From: Candidatus Nomurabacteria bacterium
GTDB taxonomy: Bacteria > Patescibacteriota > Minisyncoccia > Phycocordibacterales > UBA9973
Assembly (NCBI GenBank): GCA_052035195.1
Contig: JBPOHU010000009.1
Span: 34,107 to 98,106, forward strand
DNA: 64,000 nucleotides
Direction: 5' to 3'
Under the pieces are notes generated by a model. That model had not been told where the DNA came from and searched no databases. It saw nothing but the letters and a program-made list of their open reading frames with translations. The translations under genes were made by a program, and so were the position numbers. This document shows positions 26,328-36,391 of the stretch, one piece after another. The first letter of the stretch is position 1; the number at the start of each line of letters is the position of its first letter.

Positions 26328-27452
26328 ATGAACTTAAAACCACAAAAACCATCTTTTATTACCGAAGAAGAGAGTCTGTCATTAAAAAAAGATAACTCTT
26401 TGATTGTTGAAATTGATGCTTTTTCAAGTGCTGTAGAAGAATTATTTTTTATAGAAAATCCACAATATAAAAAGCCTCAACCGGGTGTTATTGATCTTCT
26501 TGATAAGTATTTAGCATCTTCTACTATTACTCCAGTTTTTATTTATTATCCATGGAAAGCAGTTGTTGTAAAAACTGTTCCAGAAGATATTTATTTTATG
26601 CTTCGCACTGCTCGTAATCGTTTTATAATAAGTCATGAAGAACAAAATGATTACCGAAATCTCCACGTCGCTATTGCAGGTCTTTCTGTAGGTTCAGCTA
26701 TCCTCTCATCAATAGTTGTAAATGGTGGTTCAAAAAAAATGAAAATTGCTGATTTTGACACGGCAGAAATTACTAATTTAAATCGAATGAGAGCAAAACT
26801 TACTGATATTGGAGAAAATAAAGCTTTTATTGCCGCTAAAGAGGTATGGGAACTCGATCCTTACGCAGAGCTTGATCTTTGGAGTGAGGGTATTTCAAAA
26901 GATAGTTTAAATAAGTTTCTTCTTGACCCAAAAGTGGATGTATTTGTAGATGAAATGGATAGTCTTGATTTAAAAATTGCTGCACGTTTTGTTTGCAGAG
27001 AAGCTGGAATACCTGTAGTTATGGCAACAGACAATGGAGATGGGGTCATTCTTGATGTTGAAAGATTTGATCTTGATAAAAAACAAGAAATTTTTCACGG
27101 TCTTCTTGGTGCTGTAACACCAAAAGATTTTGAAAATATTGATTATAAGATGTGGTTACAGCTTGCGACAAAAATTGTTGGACCAACATATCTTACACCT
27201 AGGATGCAGGAGTCTTTATCTGTGATAGGAAAAAATATTCCGTCTGTGCCTCAACTTGGAACAACGGCCAACATAGCAGGTGCGGCAGTATCATTTTGCC
27301 TTAGACGACTTGCTTCAAAACTTCCACTTAATTCAGGTAGATATACAGTTGGCCTTGAAGAAAAAATAATACCGGAATATATGAGTGATGAAGCAGTTAA
27401 AGAAAGAGAAAAAAACACAGAATTTTTTATTAGTCAATTTGGAAAAAAGTAG
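26328..27452 (+). CDS. E1-like/ThiF-MoeB-MccB family adenylyltransferase with ~85-aa N-terminal extension
   Basis: Gly-rich nucleotide loop VAIAGLSVGSAI preceded by RTARNRFIISHEEQ (ThiF-type Rossmann start) at residue ~113 rather than ~35; no C-terminal rhodanese or CxxC pair obvious. Confidence 0.6.
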   Translation: MNLKPQKPSFITEEESLSLKKDNSLIVEIDAFSSAVEELFFIENPQYKKPQPGVIDLLDKYLASSTITPVFIYYPWKAVVVKTVPEDIYFMLRTARNRFIISHEEQNDYRNLHVAIAGLSVGSAILSSIVVNGGSKKMKIADFDTAEITNLNRMRAKLTDIGENKAFIAAKEVWELDPYAELDLWSEGISKDSLNKFLLDPKVDVFVDEMDSLDLKIAARFVCREAGIPVVMATDNGDGVILDVERFDLDKKQEIFHGLLGAVTPKDFENIDYKMWLQLATKIVGPTYLTPRMQESLSVIGKNIPSVPQLGTTANIAGAAVSFCLRRLASKLPLNSGRYTVGLEEKIIPEYMSDEAVKEREKNTEFFISQFGKK

Positions 27453-27465
27453 TAATTTTTGTTTT

Positions 27466-28899
27466 ATGTTTAGATTTATAGGACAAAAAAAACAACTACC
27501 TCTTGATGTTTTTTATACGACCATTCGTGATGTTCCTGCTTACAAAAAATTTATAGAAAAAAACGGTGTAAATTATCATGATATTAAAAGTATTGATGAT
27601 TTTACAAAATATGTTCCGGTAATGAATAAAGATAATTATTTGAAAAGCTATCCTTTCATAGATCTTGTTAAAAAAGGTATTGTTCCTCCTATGGTGTCAG
27701 CAAGCTCAGGATCTTCAGGAAAACCTTTTTACTGGCCACGTGGAGATGAGCAAGAAATTCGCGGAGGAAAACTTCATGAAAAAATTTTTCGAGATATTTT
27801 TAATATCGAAGGACAAAGAACTCTTGTGATAGTTTGTTTTTCTATGGGGAACTGGATAGCAGGGACATTTACAGCCGCATCTTGTCGTTATGTAGCAAAA
27901 CAAAAAAGAATGAATCTTTCTATTATTACTCCGGGAATTGAAAAGGAAGATATTCTCGCCGTCCTTCGTGATCTTGCACCAGAGTTTGAAACAGTTGTTC
28001 TTGCAGGCTATCCACCATTTTTGATGGACGTTATCACTGAATCAAAATCAAGAGGGATACCGCTAGATGTTTTTAAAATAAAATTTCTTTTTGCTGGTGA
28101 GGGGTTTTCTGAACCATGGAGAGAGCTTATTTGTAGCGCTGTAAATATAAACAATAGTCTTTTGGATACAGTTAGCGTTTATGGAACAGCAGACGCTGGA
28201 GCTCTTGGTCATGAAAATCCGCTTACAATTTTTTTACGTAAAAAAGCAACAGAAAATTTAAATTTCAGAGATGAGCTTTTTGGGGATATTGGTTTTGTTC
28301 CAAGTCTTGTTCAGTTTGATCCAGATGCTATTTATTTTGAGCTTATTAATGAGCAGCTTGCTTTTACAACAGATTCAGGTATTCCTCTTATTAGATACGA
28401 TATAAAAGATAAAGGGTCTGTTATAAATCAGACAAAAATAGTTTCAGTTCTAAAAAAATTTAATTTATATGATGAAGCAGAGCATTTTTTAAAGAAATGG
28501 CCTTACCCCATGGTAGCTCTTTTCGGAAGGTCTGATGTTGCGGTAACTTTCTATGCACTTAATATTTATCCAGAAAATATAAAAGCAGCTGTTGAACAAA
28601 GCGGTCTATTGTCAAAGCTTACCGGTAAGTTTATTGCTCGTGTTGAGTCTAACGAAGATCAAACAGTTCAAAAGCTTATTATTAATTTTGAAACATTAGA
28701 AAATATCATTGTAAATGACAATCTCATCGAGGAGACAAAAAGTTCCGTATTTGAAAATCTAACACATCTTAATACAGAATACAGAAAACTCCATAACGCT
28801 ATTGGGGACAGAGCCTTACCAGATATTGAGTTTAGTAATTTTGGTCATGAATTATTTAAATTAAGAAAAAATAAACAATCATGGATAAAGAAACAATAA
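27466..28899 (+). CDS. PaaK-like (phenylacetate-CoA ligase / coenzyme F390 synthetase family) adenylate-forming enzyme
   Basis: P-loop-like SSGSSGKPFYWP matching the (S/T)SGTTGKP box of the PaaK/F390-synthetase branch of the ANL superfamily; length 477 aa; start at MFRFIGQ. Confidence 0.6.
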   Translation: MFRFIGQKKQLPLDVFYTTIRDVPAYKKFIEKNGVNYHDIKSIDDFTKYVPVMNKDNYLKSYPFIDLVKKGIVPPMVSASSGSSGKPFYWPRGDEQEIRGGKLHEKIFRDIFNIEGQRTLVIVCFSMGNWIAGTFTAASCRYVAKQKRMNLSIITPGIEKEDILAVLRDLAPEFETVVLAGYPPFLMDVITESKSRGIPLDVFKIKFLFAGEGFSEPWRELICSAVNINNSLLDTVSVYGTADAGALGHENPLTIFLRKKATENLNFRDELFGDIGFVPSLVQFDPDAIYFELINEQLAFTTDSGIPLIRYDIKDKGSVINQTKIVSVLKKFNLYDEAEHFLKKWPYPMVALFGRSDVAVTFYALNIYPENIKAAVEQSGLLSKLTGKFIARVESNEDQTVQKLIINFETLENIIVNDNLIEETKSSVFENLTHLNTEYRKLHNAIGDRALPDIEFSNFGHELFKLRKNKQSWIKKQ

Positions 28900-29960
28900 A
28901 TAGTGAGTTTGTTATAAAGAAAATTGTTTCTGAGAGTATGAATACTCCTTCGGGGGACAACTGTCAGCCTTGGTATTTTTCTATAAAAAATTCAACTCTT
29001 TTTGTTTATAAAAAAGATGAAGGTAATAATAACTACTTAGATTTTGAATCAAGGGGGACACTTTTGGCCCATGGTGCTTTAGTTGAAAATATATCTTTAG
29101 TCGCAAGACATTATGGTTATAGTATAGAAAGTACTTTTTTTCCAGAAAAAGATAAAAAAGACTTAGTAACAACAATTAGTTTTTTAGAAAATAATTCTTT
29201 AAATAAAGAAGAAGATGATCTTTTTGAGTTTTTACCAAAGAGGTCTACAAATAGAAAACAATACTTTAAGAAAGCTATTTTAGAAAAAGATAAAGAATAC
29301 CTATTAAGTAATCTAGGTCAGAACAATGTAACTCTTGATTTTATAGGAGATGATTCGGATAAAAAAAATATCTTTATTTCAACAACTCAAATGGAAAGAG
29401 TAGCTCTACAAAACAAGTTTTTACATAAACTCTTTTTCAGTAGCATCGTTTGGTCACAAAAGGAAGAACAAGAAAAAAAACAAGGACTTTATTTAAAAAC
29501 TATGGAGTTACCACCACCAGTTGCTGTTTTCTTTAGATTACTTAAATTTTGGCCGATTGCTAAGTTTTTGTCAAAAATCAGCTTTTCAAAAAAAGTCGCC
29601 GAGAACAACGCATCTTCATATCAGTCTTCTTATCCCGTTATTTTTTCTATAAAAAATACAGACCCTATTTCTTATATTGAACTAGGTATGGCTGTAGAGC
29701 GTTTTTGGCTTAGAGCAACAAAATTAGATATTGCTGTTCAGCCACTAGCTGGAGTATTATATATGTATCAGCGATTACATGAAGAGGGTAATAAAGATGC
29801 TGTTTTATCAAAAGAAGAAGTTCGTCTAATAGAAAATAGTTATCAAAAAATTAAAAATTTTACTTCGGATAGTGATGCTATAGTTTCTATGATCTTAAGA
29901 GTAGGGTATTCAAAAAAAGCTTCAGCAATATCTTCAAAAAAAGAACCTGAATTCTTATAG
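28881..29960 (+). CDS. Nitroreductase-fold protein, double-lobed (SagB/McbC-type dehydrogenase-like or Acg-like)
   Basis: N-terminal PSGDNCQPW box (nitroreductase FMN-binding start) and a second nitroreductase-like half near the C-terminus; 19-nt overlap with the upstream gene. Confidence 0.55.
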   Translation: MDKETINSEFVIKKIVSESMNTPSGDNCQPWYFSIKNSTLFVYKKDEGNNNYLDFESRGTLLAHGALVENISLVARHYGYSIESTFFPEKDKKDLVTTISFLENNSLNKEEDDLFEFLPKRSTNRKQYFKKAILEKDKEYLLSNLGQNNVTLDFIGDDSDKKNIFISTTQMERVALQNKFLHKLFFSSIVWSQKEEQEKKQGLYLKTMELPPPVAVFFRLLKFWPIAKFLSKISFSKKVAENNASSYQSSYPVIFSIKNTDPISYIELGMAVERFWLRATKLDIAVQPLAGVLYMYQRLHEEGNKDAVLSKEEVRLIENSYQKIKNFTSDSDAIVSMILRVGYSKKASAISSKKEPEFL

Positions 29961-29970
29961 TTTAAACAAT

Positions 29971-31599
29971 ATGGATATTATAAAAAATATAGATTTACTT
30001 TCGGTTGGGCTTGCTATTGCTGGTACAGGAGTACTTGGTTTCTTAGTCTTTTTTAGTAATAAAAAAAGCATTACTAATAAATCTTTTCTTTATTTTTCAC
30101 TTATTACTATTTGTTGGAGCACTATAAACTATTTAAATTATCAGTCTGTTAATCCTTCTTACGGTTTCCTTTTGATAAGACTTACTATTTTTTTTGGTAT
30201 TTTCCATGCTTTTTCTTTTTATAATCTTTTTACTGTTTTTCCTAATGAAAGTTATATTTTTTCAAGGTTACATCGTTTTATCTTAATACCTTGGGTTTTT
30301 ATTGTTGGATTGCTTACACTGACTCCGTATGTTTTTTCAGGTATAGAAGAAATGCAGGAGGGTAGAATAGTAGAAGTTACTAACGGTCCATTATTACCTC
30401 TCTATGGGATAACAACAATAGTTTTAATATTAGTTGGAATAGTTAAACTTATTAAGAAAGTTTTGGTTTCTAAAGATATCTTACGTAAACAAGTAAAAGC
30501 TATATTGCTTGGTACTGTTATAACATTTTCTCTTCTTATTGTTTTTAATTTAGTTTTACCTGCTTTTTTTAATAACCCTAAGTTCGTGCCACTTGGTGCA
30601 CTTTTCCTTTTTCCGTTCATTGCTTTTACTTCTTATGCAATTTTGAAACAAAAGTTATTTCGTGTAAAAGTTGTATCAACAGGGTTTATTGTTTTTGTTT
30701 TATCCGTTGTTCTTTTTTTTGAGATTATTTATGCAGATACTACAAGCTTAATAATTTTTAGAAGTAGTGTTTTTATACTCTCTCTTATATTTGGGATAAA
30801 CCTAATAAGATCAGTTTTGCGAGAAGTTGAGCAGCGTGAAAAAATTGAGACTTTGGCTAAACAATTGCAAGATGCAAATGAAAAACTAAAAGGTTTAGAT
30901 AAACTAAAAACAGAATTCCTTTCTCTTGCCTCACACCAACTCCGTAGCCCTCTTACCGCTATCAAGGGGTATGCTTCCATGCTTTCTGAAGGAGCATTTG
31001 GTAAATTGGATGCAAAAAAATCTGAAGCAGTAAATCGTATTTATACTTCAGCACAGGGACTGGTTAACATCGTTGAAGACCTTTTGAATATTTCAAAAAT
31101 TGAGCAAGGAGGTATGAAATATGAGTTTATGCCAACAAGTCTTTCTTCTGTTGTAGATACTTTATTCAACGAAATGAAAGTTCCAGCTGAGAGTAAACAT
31201 CTTGAATTTAGTTTAGATATGGATAAGCACGATAAGTTTATCGTTAGTGCTGACCCTGTTAAGCTTAAGCAAGTTTTCTTAAACTTAGTAGACAATAGTA
31301 TCAAGTACACCCAAAAAGGTTTTGTAAAAATAGCACTAAAAAGAGTTGAAGATAAAATAGTTTTCTCAGTATCTGACAATGGTATGGGAATTTCCCCAGA
31401 AACTAAATCTAAACTTTTTGAAAAGTTTAGTCGTGGCGAAGGTGGTAAAACAAATACAGGGGGAAGTGGATTAGGCTTATACTTAGCGCAACAAATAGCG
31501 AAAGCTCACAAAGGAGATATTGTTATTGAATCAGAAGGTCTTGGAAAAGGATCAGTCTTTACAGTAGCCATTCCTTCTAGTGGAAAATACCCTAACTAA
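29971..31599 (+). CDS. Sensor histidine kinase with ~7 N-terminal TM helices (orphan, no adjacent response regulator)
   Basis: H-box LASHQLRSPLTAIKGY, N-box LVDNSIKYT, G-boxes DNGMGIS and GGSGLGL; ~270-aa polytopic N-terminus. Confidence 0.85.
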   Translation: MDIIKNIDLLSVGLAIAGTGVLGFLVFFSNKKSITNKSFLYFSLITICWSTINYLNYQSVNPSYGFLLIRLTIFFGIFHAFSFYNLFTVFPNESYIFSRLHRFILIPWVFIVGLLTLTPYVFSGIEEMQEGRIVEVTNGPLLPLYGITTIVLILVGIVKLIKKVLVSKDILRKQVKAILLGTVITFSLLIVFNLVLPAFFNNPKFVPLGALFLFPFIAFTSYAILKQKLFRVKVVSTGFIVFVLSVVLFFEIIYADTTSLIIFRSSVFILSLIFGINLIRSVLREVEQREKIETLAKQLQDANEKLKGLDKLKTEFLSLASHQLRSPLTAIKGYASMLSEGAFGKLDAKKSEAVNRIYTSAQGLVNIVEDLLNISKIEQGGMKYEFMPTSLSSVVDTLFNEMKVPAESKHLEFSLDMDKHDKFIVSADPVKLKQVFLNLVDNSIKYTQKGFVKIALKRVEDKIVFSVSDNGMGISPETKSKLFEKFSRGEGGKTNTGGSGLGLYLAQQIAKAHKGDIVIESEGLGKGSVFTVAIPSSGKYPN

Positions 31600-32971
31600 G
31601 GGATATACCCTGAGCATTTTGCTCAACTTTATATCCTAGTGCTTCAAGTTCAGACCTGATTGCATCAGATGTTGCATAGTCTTTATTTTCTCTAGCTAAT
31701 TTCATTTTTTCTAATAGTATTGTTGCTTCTTCGCTAATAGAAAATTCTGGAGTTGAAACTAAGTCCAAACCTAACACTTCATCAAAAGATAGTAGGGTAG
31801 CGTATTTATCTTGCCTAGAGATATTTTCATCTGCAAGCATTTTCCAAACAACAGCAAGAGCTTTGGCTGTATTGATGTCTTCAGATATAGATTCGACAAA
31901 ATCTTGTTTGTAAGAATCTATTATATTGCCACCAGACTCTTTTATTGATGCAAAATTTTGAAGTTTTTTAAGTTGTGCATTGGCAGAAGAAAGTGCTTCC
32001 CATGTAAAGTTTAGTGGCTTGCGATAGCTTGTTTGCATGGCCAAAAGGCGTATAGATAGTGGGTTTATGTTGTGTCCTTCTATATCAGAGATAGTATAAA
32101 AATTGTGTTTACTTTTACTCATTTTTTCTCCGTCTACATTTAGAAAAGCATGGTGAACCCAAAATCTAACAAAGTCATGTCCTGTAGAACATTCACTCTG
32201 AGCTATCTCATTTTCATGGTGTACAGGGATATGGTCTATTCCTCCGGTGTGAATATCAATAGTTTCTCCTAAGTAGTGCATACTCATAGCAGAGCACTCT
32301 ATGTGCCAACCAGGGAAGCCTTCACCCCAAGGACTAGGCCAGTACATACTATGCTCTGCAAATCTTCCAACTCTTTTAAACCAGAGAACAAAATCAGCAG
32401 GATGCTTTTTTTCTTCATCAACTATAACGTCATCACGAGCGCCAATTTCTTTGTCGGATATTTTTTGTCCAGATAAAGATCCGTAATCTTTGAATGTTTG
32501 AGTATCAAAATAAATACCGGTTTCTGTTTCGTAAGCGTGTCCTTTTTGAATTAGAGTTTCAACCAAAGAAATCATTTCAGGTATATGCTCTGTCGCTTTT
32601 GCTTCGGCTGTGTTTGGCGACAGTACATTTATTGCCTTCATACTTTCGTGGAAATAATCAGTATAAAGTTTGGCAATATCCCATACGCTTTTACCTTCTG
32701 ATTTTGCTTTACCTTCAAATTTGTCGTCACCTTGGTCGCTGTCATTTGTAAGGTGTCCTACATCGGTAATATTCATTACGTGTTTTACATCATAACCAAG
32801 ATATGAAAGTGTTCTACGTAAAATATCGTCCCCGATATATTTGCGCATATGGCCGATGTGGGTGTAATCATAAACAGTTGGTCCACAAGCATAAAGAGTC
32901 ACAACGGTTCCATTAAGAGGAGAGAACACTTCGATTGATTTTGATTTTGTATTGTATAGATTTAGAGCCAT
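31592..32971 (-). CDS. cysS: Cysteine--tRNA ligase
   Basis: YACGPTVYDYTHIGH (HIGH region) and KMSKSKHNF. Confidence 0.9.
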   Translation of the reverse strand: MALNLYNTKSKSIEVFSPLNGTVVTLYACGPTVYDYTHIGHMRKYIGDDILRRTLSYLGYDVKHVMNITDVGHLTNDSDQGDDKFEGKAKSEGKSVWDIAKLYTDYFHESMKAINVLSPNTAEAKATEHIPEMISLVETLIQKGHAYETETGIYFDTQTFKDYGSLSGQKISDKEIGARDDVIVDEEKKHPADFVLWFKRVGRFAEHSMYWPSPWGEGFPGWHIECSAMSMHYLGETIDIHTGGIDHIPVHHENEIAQSECSTGHDFVRFWVHHAFLNVDGEKMSKSKHNFYTISDIEGHNINPLSIRLLAMQTSYRKPLNFTWEALSSANAQLKKLQNFASIKESGGNIIDSYKQDFVESISEDINTAKALAVVWKMLADENISRQDKYATLLSFDEVLGLDLVSTPEFSISEEATILLEKMKLARENKDYATSDAIRSELEALGYKVEQNAQGISLS

Positions 32972-33879
32972 TTTCGTAATTTAAAGAATAAAAACATAGT
33001 TAACCCAGTGATAACCATGGCGCCCAAAACAAAGAAGAAGTCAGCTTTATTGTTAATAAAAATCAGGCTATCTGCTGTATTCATACCAAAAATACCACTA
33101 ATCAACATAAGAGGAGTTAGAACAAAGGTCAGTATAGTAAAGGTACGCATTGTGTCATTTGTTTTTGCAGATAGCAGAGAGTCGTTTGTTCTTTGTAGTT
33201 CAGCCAGAGCGTCTCTGTTGCTCTCTAATAGAGAGTTAACTTTGTTAAATTCAGAAGTTACAACCTCTGCATAATATCGATAATCAGTATCAAAAAGTTT
33301 AACACTAGCATTTTCATAAGATCGGAGTATGTCTTGATGAAAACGGAGAGCTTGTTTGAAGTCTAGGAGTTTTTTACCTGTATCAGAAATCTTCTTAACC
33401 ATCATATTTTCTTGATTGTTAAAAATATAATATTCAATCTCTCTTACTACTTTTGTGATCTCATCGAGTTTATGCAAAGAGTGTTCGTAAAATTGCTTCA
33501 TCATTTCAACAAAAAGAAATCCTCCATGAAAGTTTTTCTTTTCTTGGCCAAAAGCATTTCTAAGTTCAAAAAGTTTGGAGAATTGTTCAATAGGATATAT
33601 AGATTCATAGTGAGTAGTGATAAGAAAGTTTTTTCCTATCATGAAATCTATCTCTTGTTCTGTTGTCTTATCACTAGCTTTTTTAGAAGGTGGAAAATGC
33701 AGTATCATGTATATAAGAGAGTCATATAGTTCTACTTTTGCGTGGAGGGTATTTGAAATAGCTTCTTCAGTAACCAAAGAGGGAATAGAAAATTCCTCCA
33801 TTATATGAGCCATCTCCTCCTTTGAGGGGTTTTCCATGTCTACCCAGGTGACATCATGGTATGTATAGCGGGAAATCAT
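32962..33879 (-). CDS. corA: Magnesium/cobalt transporter CorA; start placed at MISRYTYHD
   Basis: C-terminal two TM helices with GMN motif (ISGIFGMNTADS). Confidence 0.8.
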   Translation of the reverse strand: MISRYTYHDVTWVDMENPSKEEMAHIMEEFSIPSLVTEEAISNTLHAKVELYDSLIYMILHFPPSKKASDKTTEQEIDFMIGKNFLITTHYESIYPIEQFSKLFELRNAFGQEKKNFHGGFLFVEMMKQFYEHSLHKLDEITKVVREIEYYIFNNQENMMVKKISDTGKKLLDFKQALRFHQDILRSYENASVKLFDTDYRYYAEVVTSEFNKVNSLLESNRDALAELQRTNDSLLSAKTNDTMRTFTILTFVLTPLMLISGIFGMNTADSLIFINNKADFFFVLGAMVITGLTMFLFFKLRKWL

Positions 33880-33907
33880 TGCTGTTATTGTACCATTTTT
33901 GACACTG

Positions 33908-33935
33908 TTGCAAAATATTGCTATTTGGGTATAAT
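33908..33935 (+). promoter_or_regulatory. Sigma-70-like promoter for rplU (TTGCAA-16 nt-TATAAT)
   Basis: Consensus -10, good -35, ~20 nt upstream of the rplU start. Confidence 0.55.
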
Positions 33936-33956
33936 AGTCCGACAACACAAAATCTT

Positions 33957-34310
33957 ATGGCAACAGCAAAGAAAACAACAAAAAAAGACGGTTCTGAAGG
34001 TTTCGCAGTTATTAAGACTGGGGGCAAGCAATATCGTGTAGCAGTAGGAGACTCTATAAAAATAGAGAAAATGAAAGGGGAATTCAAAAAGGGTGACAGT
34101 GTTACTTTTTCTGAAGTTCTTCTTACTGACGATGGTAAAAATACAGTTATCGGTACTCCTTTTATCACAAATGCAAAAGTTACAGCTACTGTTGATATGG
34201 TAGGCAGACTTCCAAAGGTTCTAGTTATCAAGTACAAGCAAAAGTCTCGATACATGAAGAAAAATGGCCACCGACAGCCATACATCAAAGTAACTATTAA
34301 TACTATATAA
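33957..34310 (+). CDS. rplU: 50S ribosomal protein L21 with Lys-rich N-terminal extension
   Basis: FAVIKTGGKQYRVAVGDSIKIEKM core motif of bL21; start at MATAKK. Confidence 0.85.
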   Translation: MATAKKTTKKDGSEGFAVIKTGGKQYRVAVGDSIKIEKMKGEFKKGDSVTFSEVLLTDDGKNTVIGTPFITNAKVTATVDMVGRLPKVLVIKYKQKSRYMKKNGHRQPYIKVTINTI

Positions 34311-34312
34311 AT

Positions 34313-34343
34313 AAAACCCTCCTTATGGAGGGTTTTATTTATT
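34313..34343 (+). terminator. Rho-independent terminator (aaaaccctcc-ttat-ggagggtttt + T-run)
   Basis: 10-bp perfect stem. Confidence 0.8.
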
Positions 34344-34360
34344 CTAAGTTTATCGAAGCA

Positions 34361-34951
34361 CTACTCTCTCTTTTTTAGTGAAGCTTCGAGAGATGCTGGA
34401 TCAGCGTATTCTAGTTCTGTTCCAGTAGAGAGACCTCTTCCAAGACTTGAAATCTTAATATTTAAATTAGATAGCAAATCTCTAATAACAAAATCAGTGT
34501 GGTCCCCGTTTGGAGTCAAAGGGAAGGCCAGGATAATTTCTTTTACAGCAGAATCATTTTTTATTCTTTCGATAAGTTTTGATGCATTAGTACCATCTAT
34601 AATACTTTTTTTAGTGATAGGAATAAGTGACCCTAAAATAAAGAAAAGACCATGGTAATCAGTTTTTAAAAACACATCGATGTCGGCACTTTTTTCGACT
34701 ACCACAATAGTATTTTGATCTCGACTAGTATCACTACAGATATTACAAGACCCAGCTGAGCCCTCATAAATACGATGACAACGGGTACAGGTTTGAGCAA
34801 AACTTCGAGCGGTAAGCAAGCTAGAAGAGAGATTTTTTACATAGCTTTCTTGTTGACTTAGTATGAAGTAAGCAAAGCGTTTAGCTTGCCGAGCTCCAAT
34901 ACCAGGGAACTTTAAAAATAATTTTGCTAGTTGTTCTATATGGTCATCCAT
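34361..34951 (-). CDS. recR: Recombination protein RecR
   Basis: N-terminal HhH (LAKLFLKFPGIGARQAKRFAY), C4 zinc finger CTRCHRIYEGSAGSCNIC, Toprim. Confidence 0.9.
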   Translation of the reverse strand: MDDHIEQLAKLFLKFPGIGARQAKRFAYFILSQQESYVKNLSSSLLTARSFAQTCTRCHRIYEGSAGSCNICSDTSRDQNTIVVVEKSADIDVFLKTDYHGLFFILGSLIPITKKSIIDGTNASKLIERIKNDSAVKEIILAFPLTPNGDHTDFVIRDLLSNLNIKISSLGRGLSTGTELEYADPASLEASLKKRE

Positions 34952-34953
34952 GT

Positions 34954-36336
34954 TTAAAAGTCATCGAGAGACTTGGCTTTAGGTGTTGGCATGTGAGACT
35001 TGTCGATAGTTAGAAGTGTTGTAGTTTTTGCATCAAAGAGTAGGTCTACTTTTCCAACGGCACCGTTACGGTGTTTTTCTATTAGTACTTCCACGATGTT
35101 ATCTTTTTCGGCTTGCTCTTTATATCTGTCTTCTCTGTGTAGGAACATAACAACATCGGCATCTTGCTCAATACTACCTGAATCTCGAAGGTCAGAAAGA
35201 CGAGGCTTTCCACCACGAGCTTCCACGGCACGAGATAGCTGTGAGAGAGCTAGTACTGGAACATCGAGCTCACGAGCTAGTTGTTTGAGGGCGCGTGAAA
35301 TTTCGGTGATTTGGTTAACCATGTTGTCATAGTTTTTACTTGCATGAATGAGCTGTAGATAGTCGATAACTATGAGTGCCAAGCCATGTTCACTTTTTAG
35401 TCTTCGCGCTACGGCACGCATTTTGACTATTGAGTTTCCAGCTTGGTCATCGATATAGATAGGAGCTTTCTGTAGTCTACTTGCTGCATCTTGAAGTGTA
35501 GAGAAATGCTGAGAGGAGAGTCCGTGACCTGTACGAATAGCCCATGCGTCCACACGACTCTCAGCAGAGAGCATTCTTTGTACTAGTTGACCCGCACTCA
35601 TTTCAAGAGAGAAAATACCAACAGCCCTACCTGAGAGAGCCACATTGCGAGCAATATCAAGAGCAAATGTTGTTTTACCAATACTTGGTCGAGCAGCAAG
35701 AATGATCAGGTCTGACTTTTGTAGTCCCGCTAGGAGATTGTCGATATCTGGGAAGCCTGTAGGTACACCGCGCACTTCGTCCTTATGTTCACGTAAGTAT
35801 TCTATTTGTTCAACAGTTTCCATCAATCCTTGTTTGATAGATACGAAACCATTTTTAACATTCATGTTTGATGACACACGGAAAATACTTTTCTCGGCAG
35901 AGTCTAGTATGTCAGCTACATCTTGGTCCGCTTCAGCATAAGCTTGGGTAGCGATTTGCTCTGATGCATCTATAAGACTTCTTAAAATATGTTTTTTGTA
36001 AACGATGTCAGCGTAGTGACGAATGTTTACAGTTGATGGGACATTGCCCATAACTTCATTTAGATAACTATTTCCACCTATTTCATTTATTTGTTTTTTC
36101 TCTTTGAGCTTAGAGGCTACAGAGAGTACGTCTATTGGTTCGCTTTTGGCTGAGAGCTCAAGCATTGTTTGAAAAATAGTTGTGTGTTTGCGAGCATAAA
36201 ACATCTCTGGAGACAAAAGATCAGTAATCTCATGTATTGCTGATGGGCGAAGCATTAAGGCACCCAAGACAGCCTGCTCACTTTCAAGAGAATGTGGGGG
36301 AATACGGAGCTCTGAGAGATTGTTGTTCTTTACCAT
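34954..36336 (-). CDS. dnaB: Replicative DNA helicase DnaB
   Basis: N-terminal PPHSLESEQAVLGALML, Walker A ARPSIGKT, RecA-like C-terminal domain. Confidence 0.9.
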   Translation of the reverse strand: MVKNNNLSELRIPPHSLESEQAVLGALMLRPSAIHEITDLLSPEMFYARKHTTIFQTMLELSAKSEPIDVLSVASKLKEKKQINEIGGNSYLNEVMGNVPSTVNIRHYADIVYKKHILRSLIDASEQIATQAYAEADQDVADILDSAEKSIFRVSSNMNVKNGFVSIKQGLMETVEQIEYLREHKDEVRGVPTGFPDIDNLLAGLQKSDLIILAARPSIGKTTFALDIARNVALSGRAVGIFSLEMSAGQLVQRMLSAESRVDAWAIRTGHGLSSQHFSTLQDAASRLQKAPIYIDDQAGNSIVKMRAVARRLKSEHGLALIVIDYLQLIHASKNYDNMVNQITEISRALKQLARELDVPVLALSQLSRAVEARGGKPRLSDLRDSGSIEQDADVVMFLHREDRYKEQAEKDNIVEVLIEKHRNGAVGKVDLLFDAKTTTLLTIDKSHMPTPKAKSLDDF

Positions 36337-36391
36337 GAGAACATTGTAGCACCTAAGGCAACTGTTCTAAATCCACGATTTTTGGTACTAT

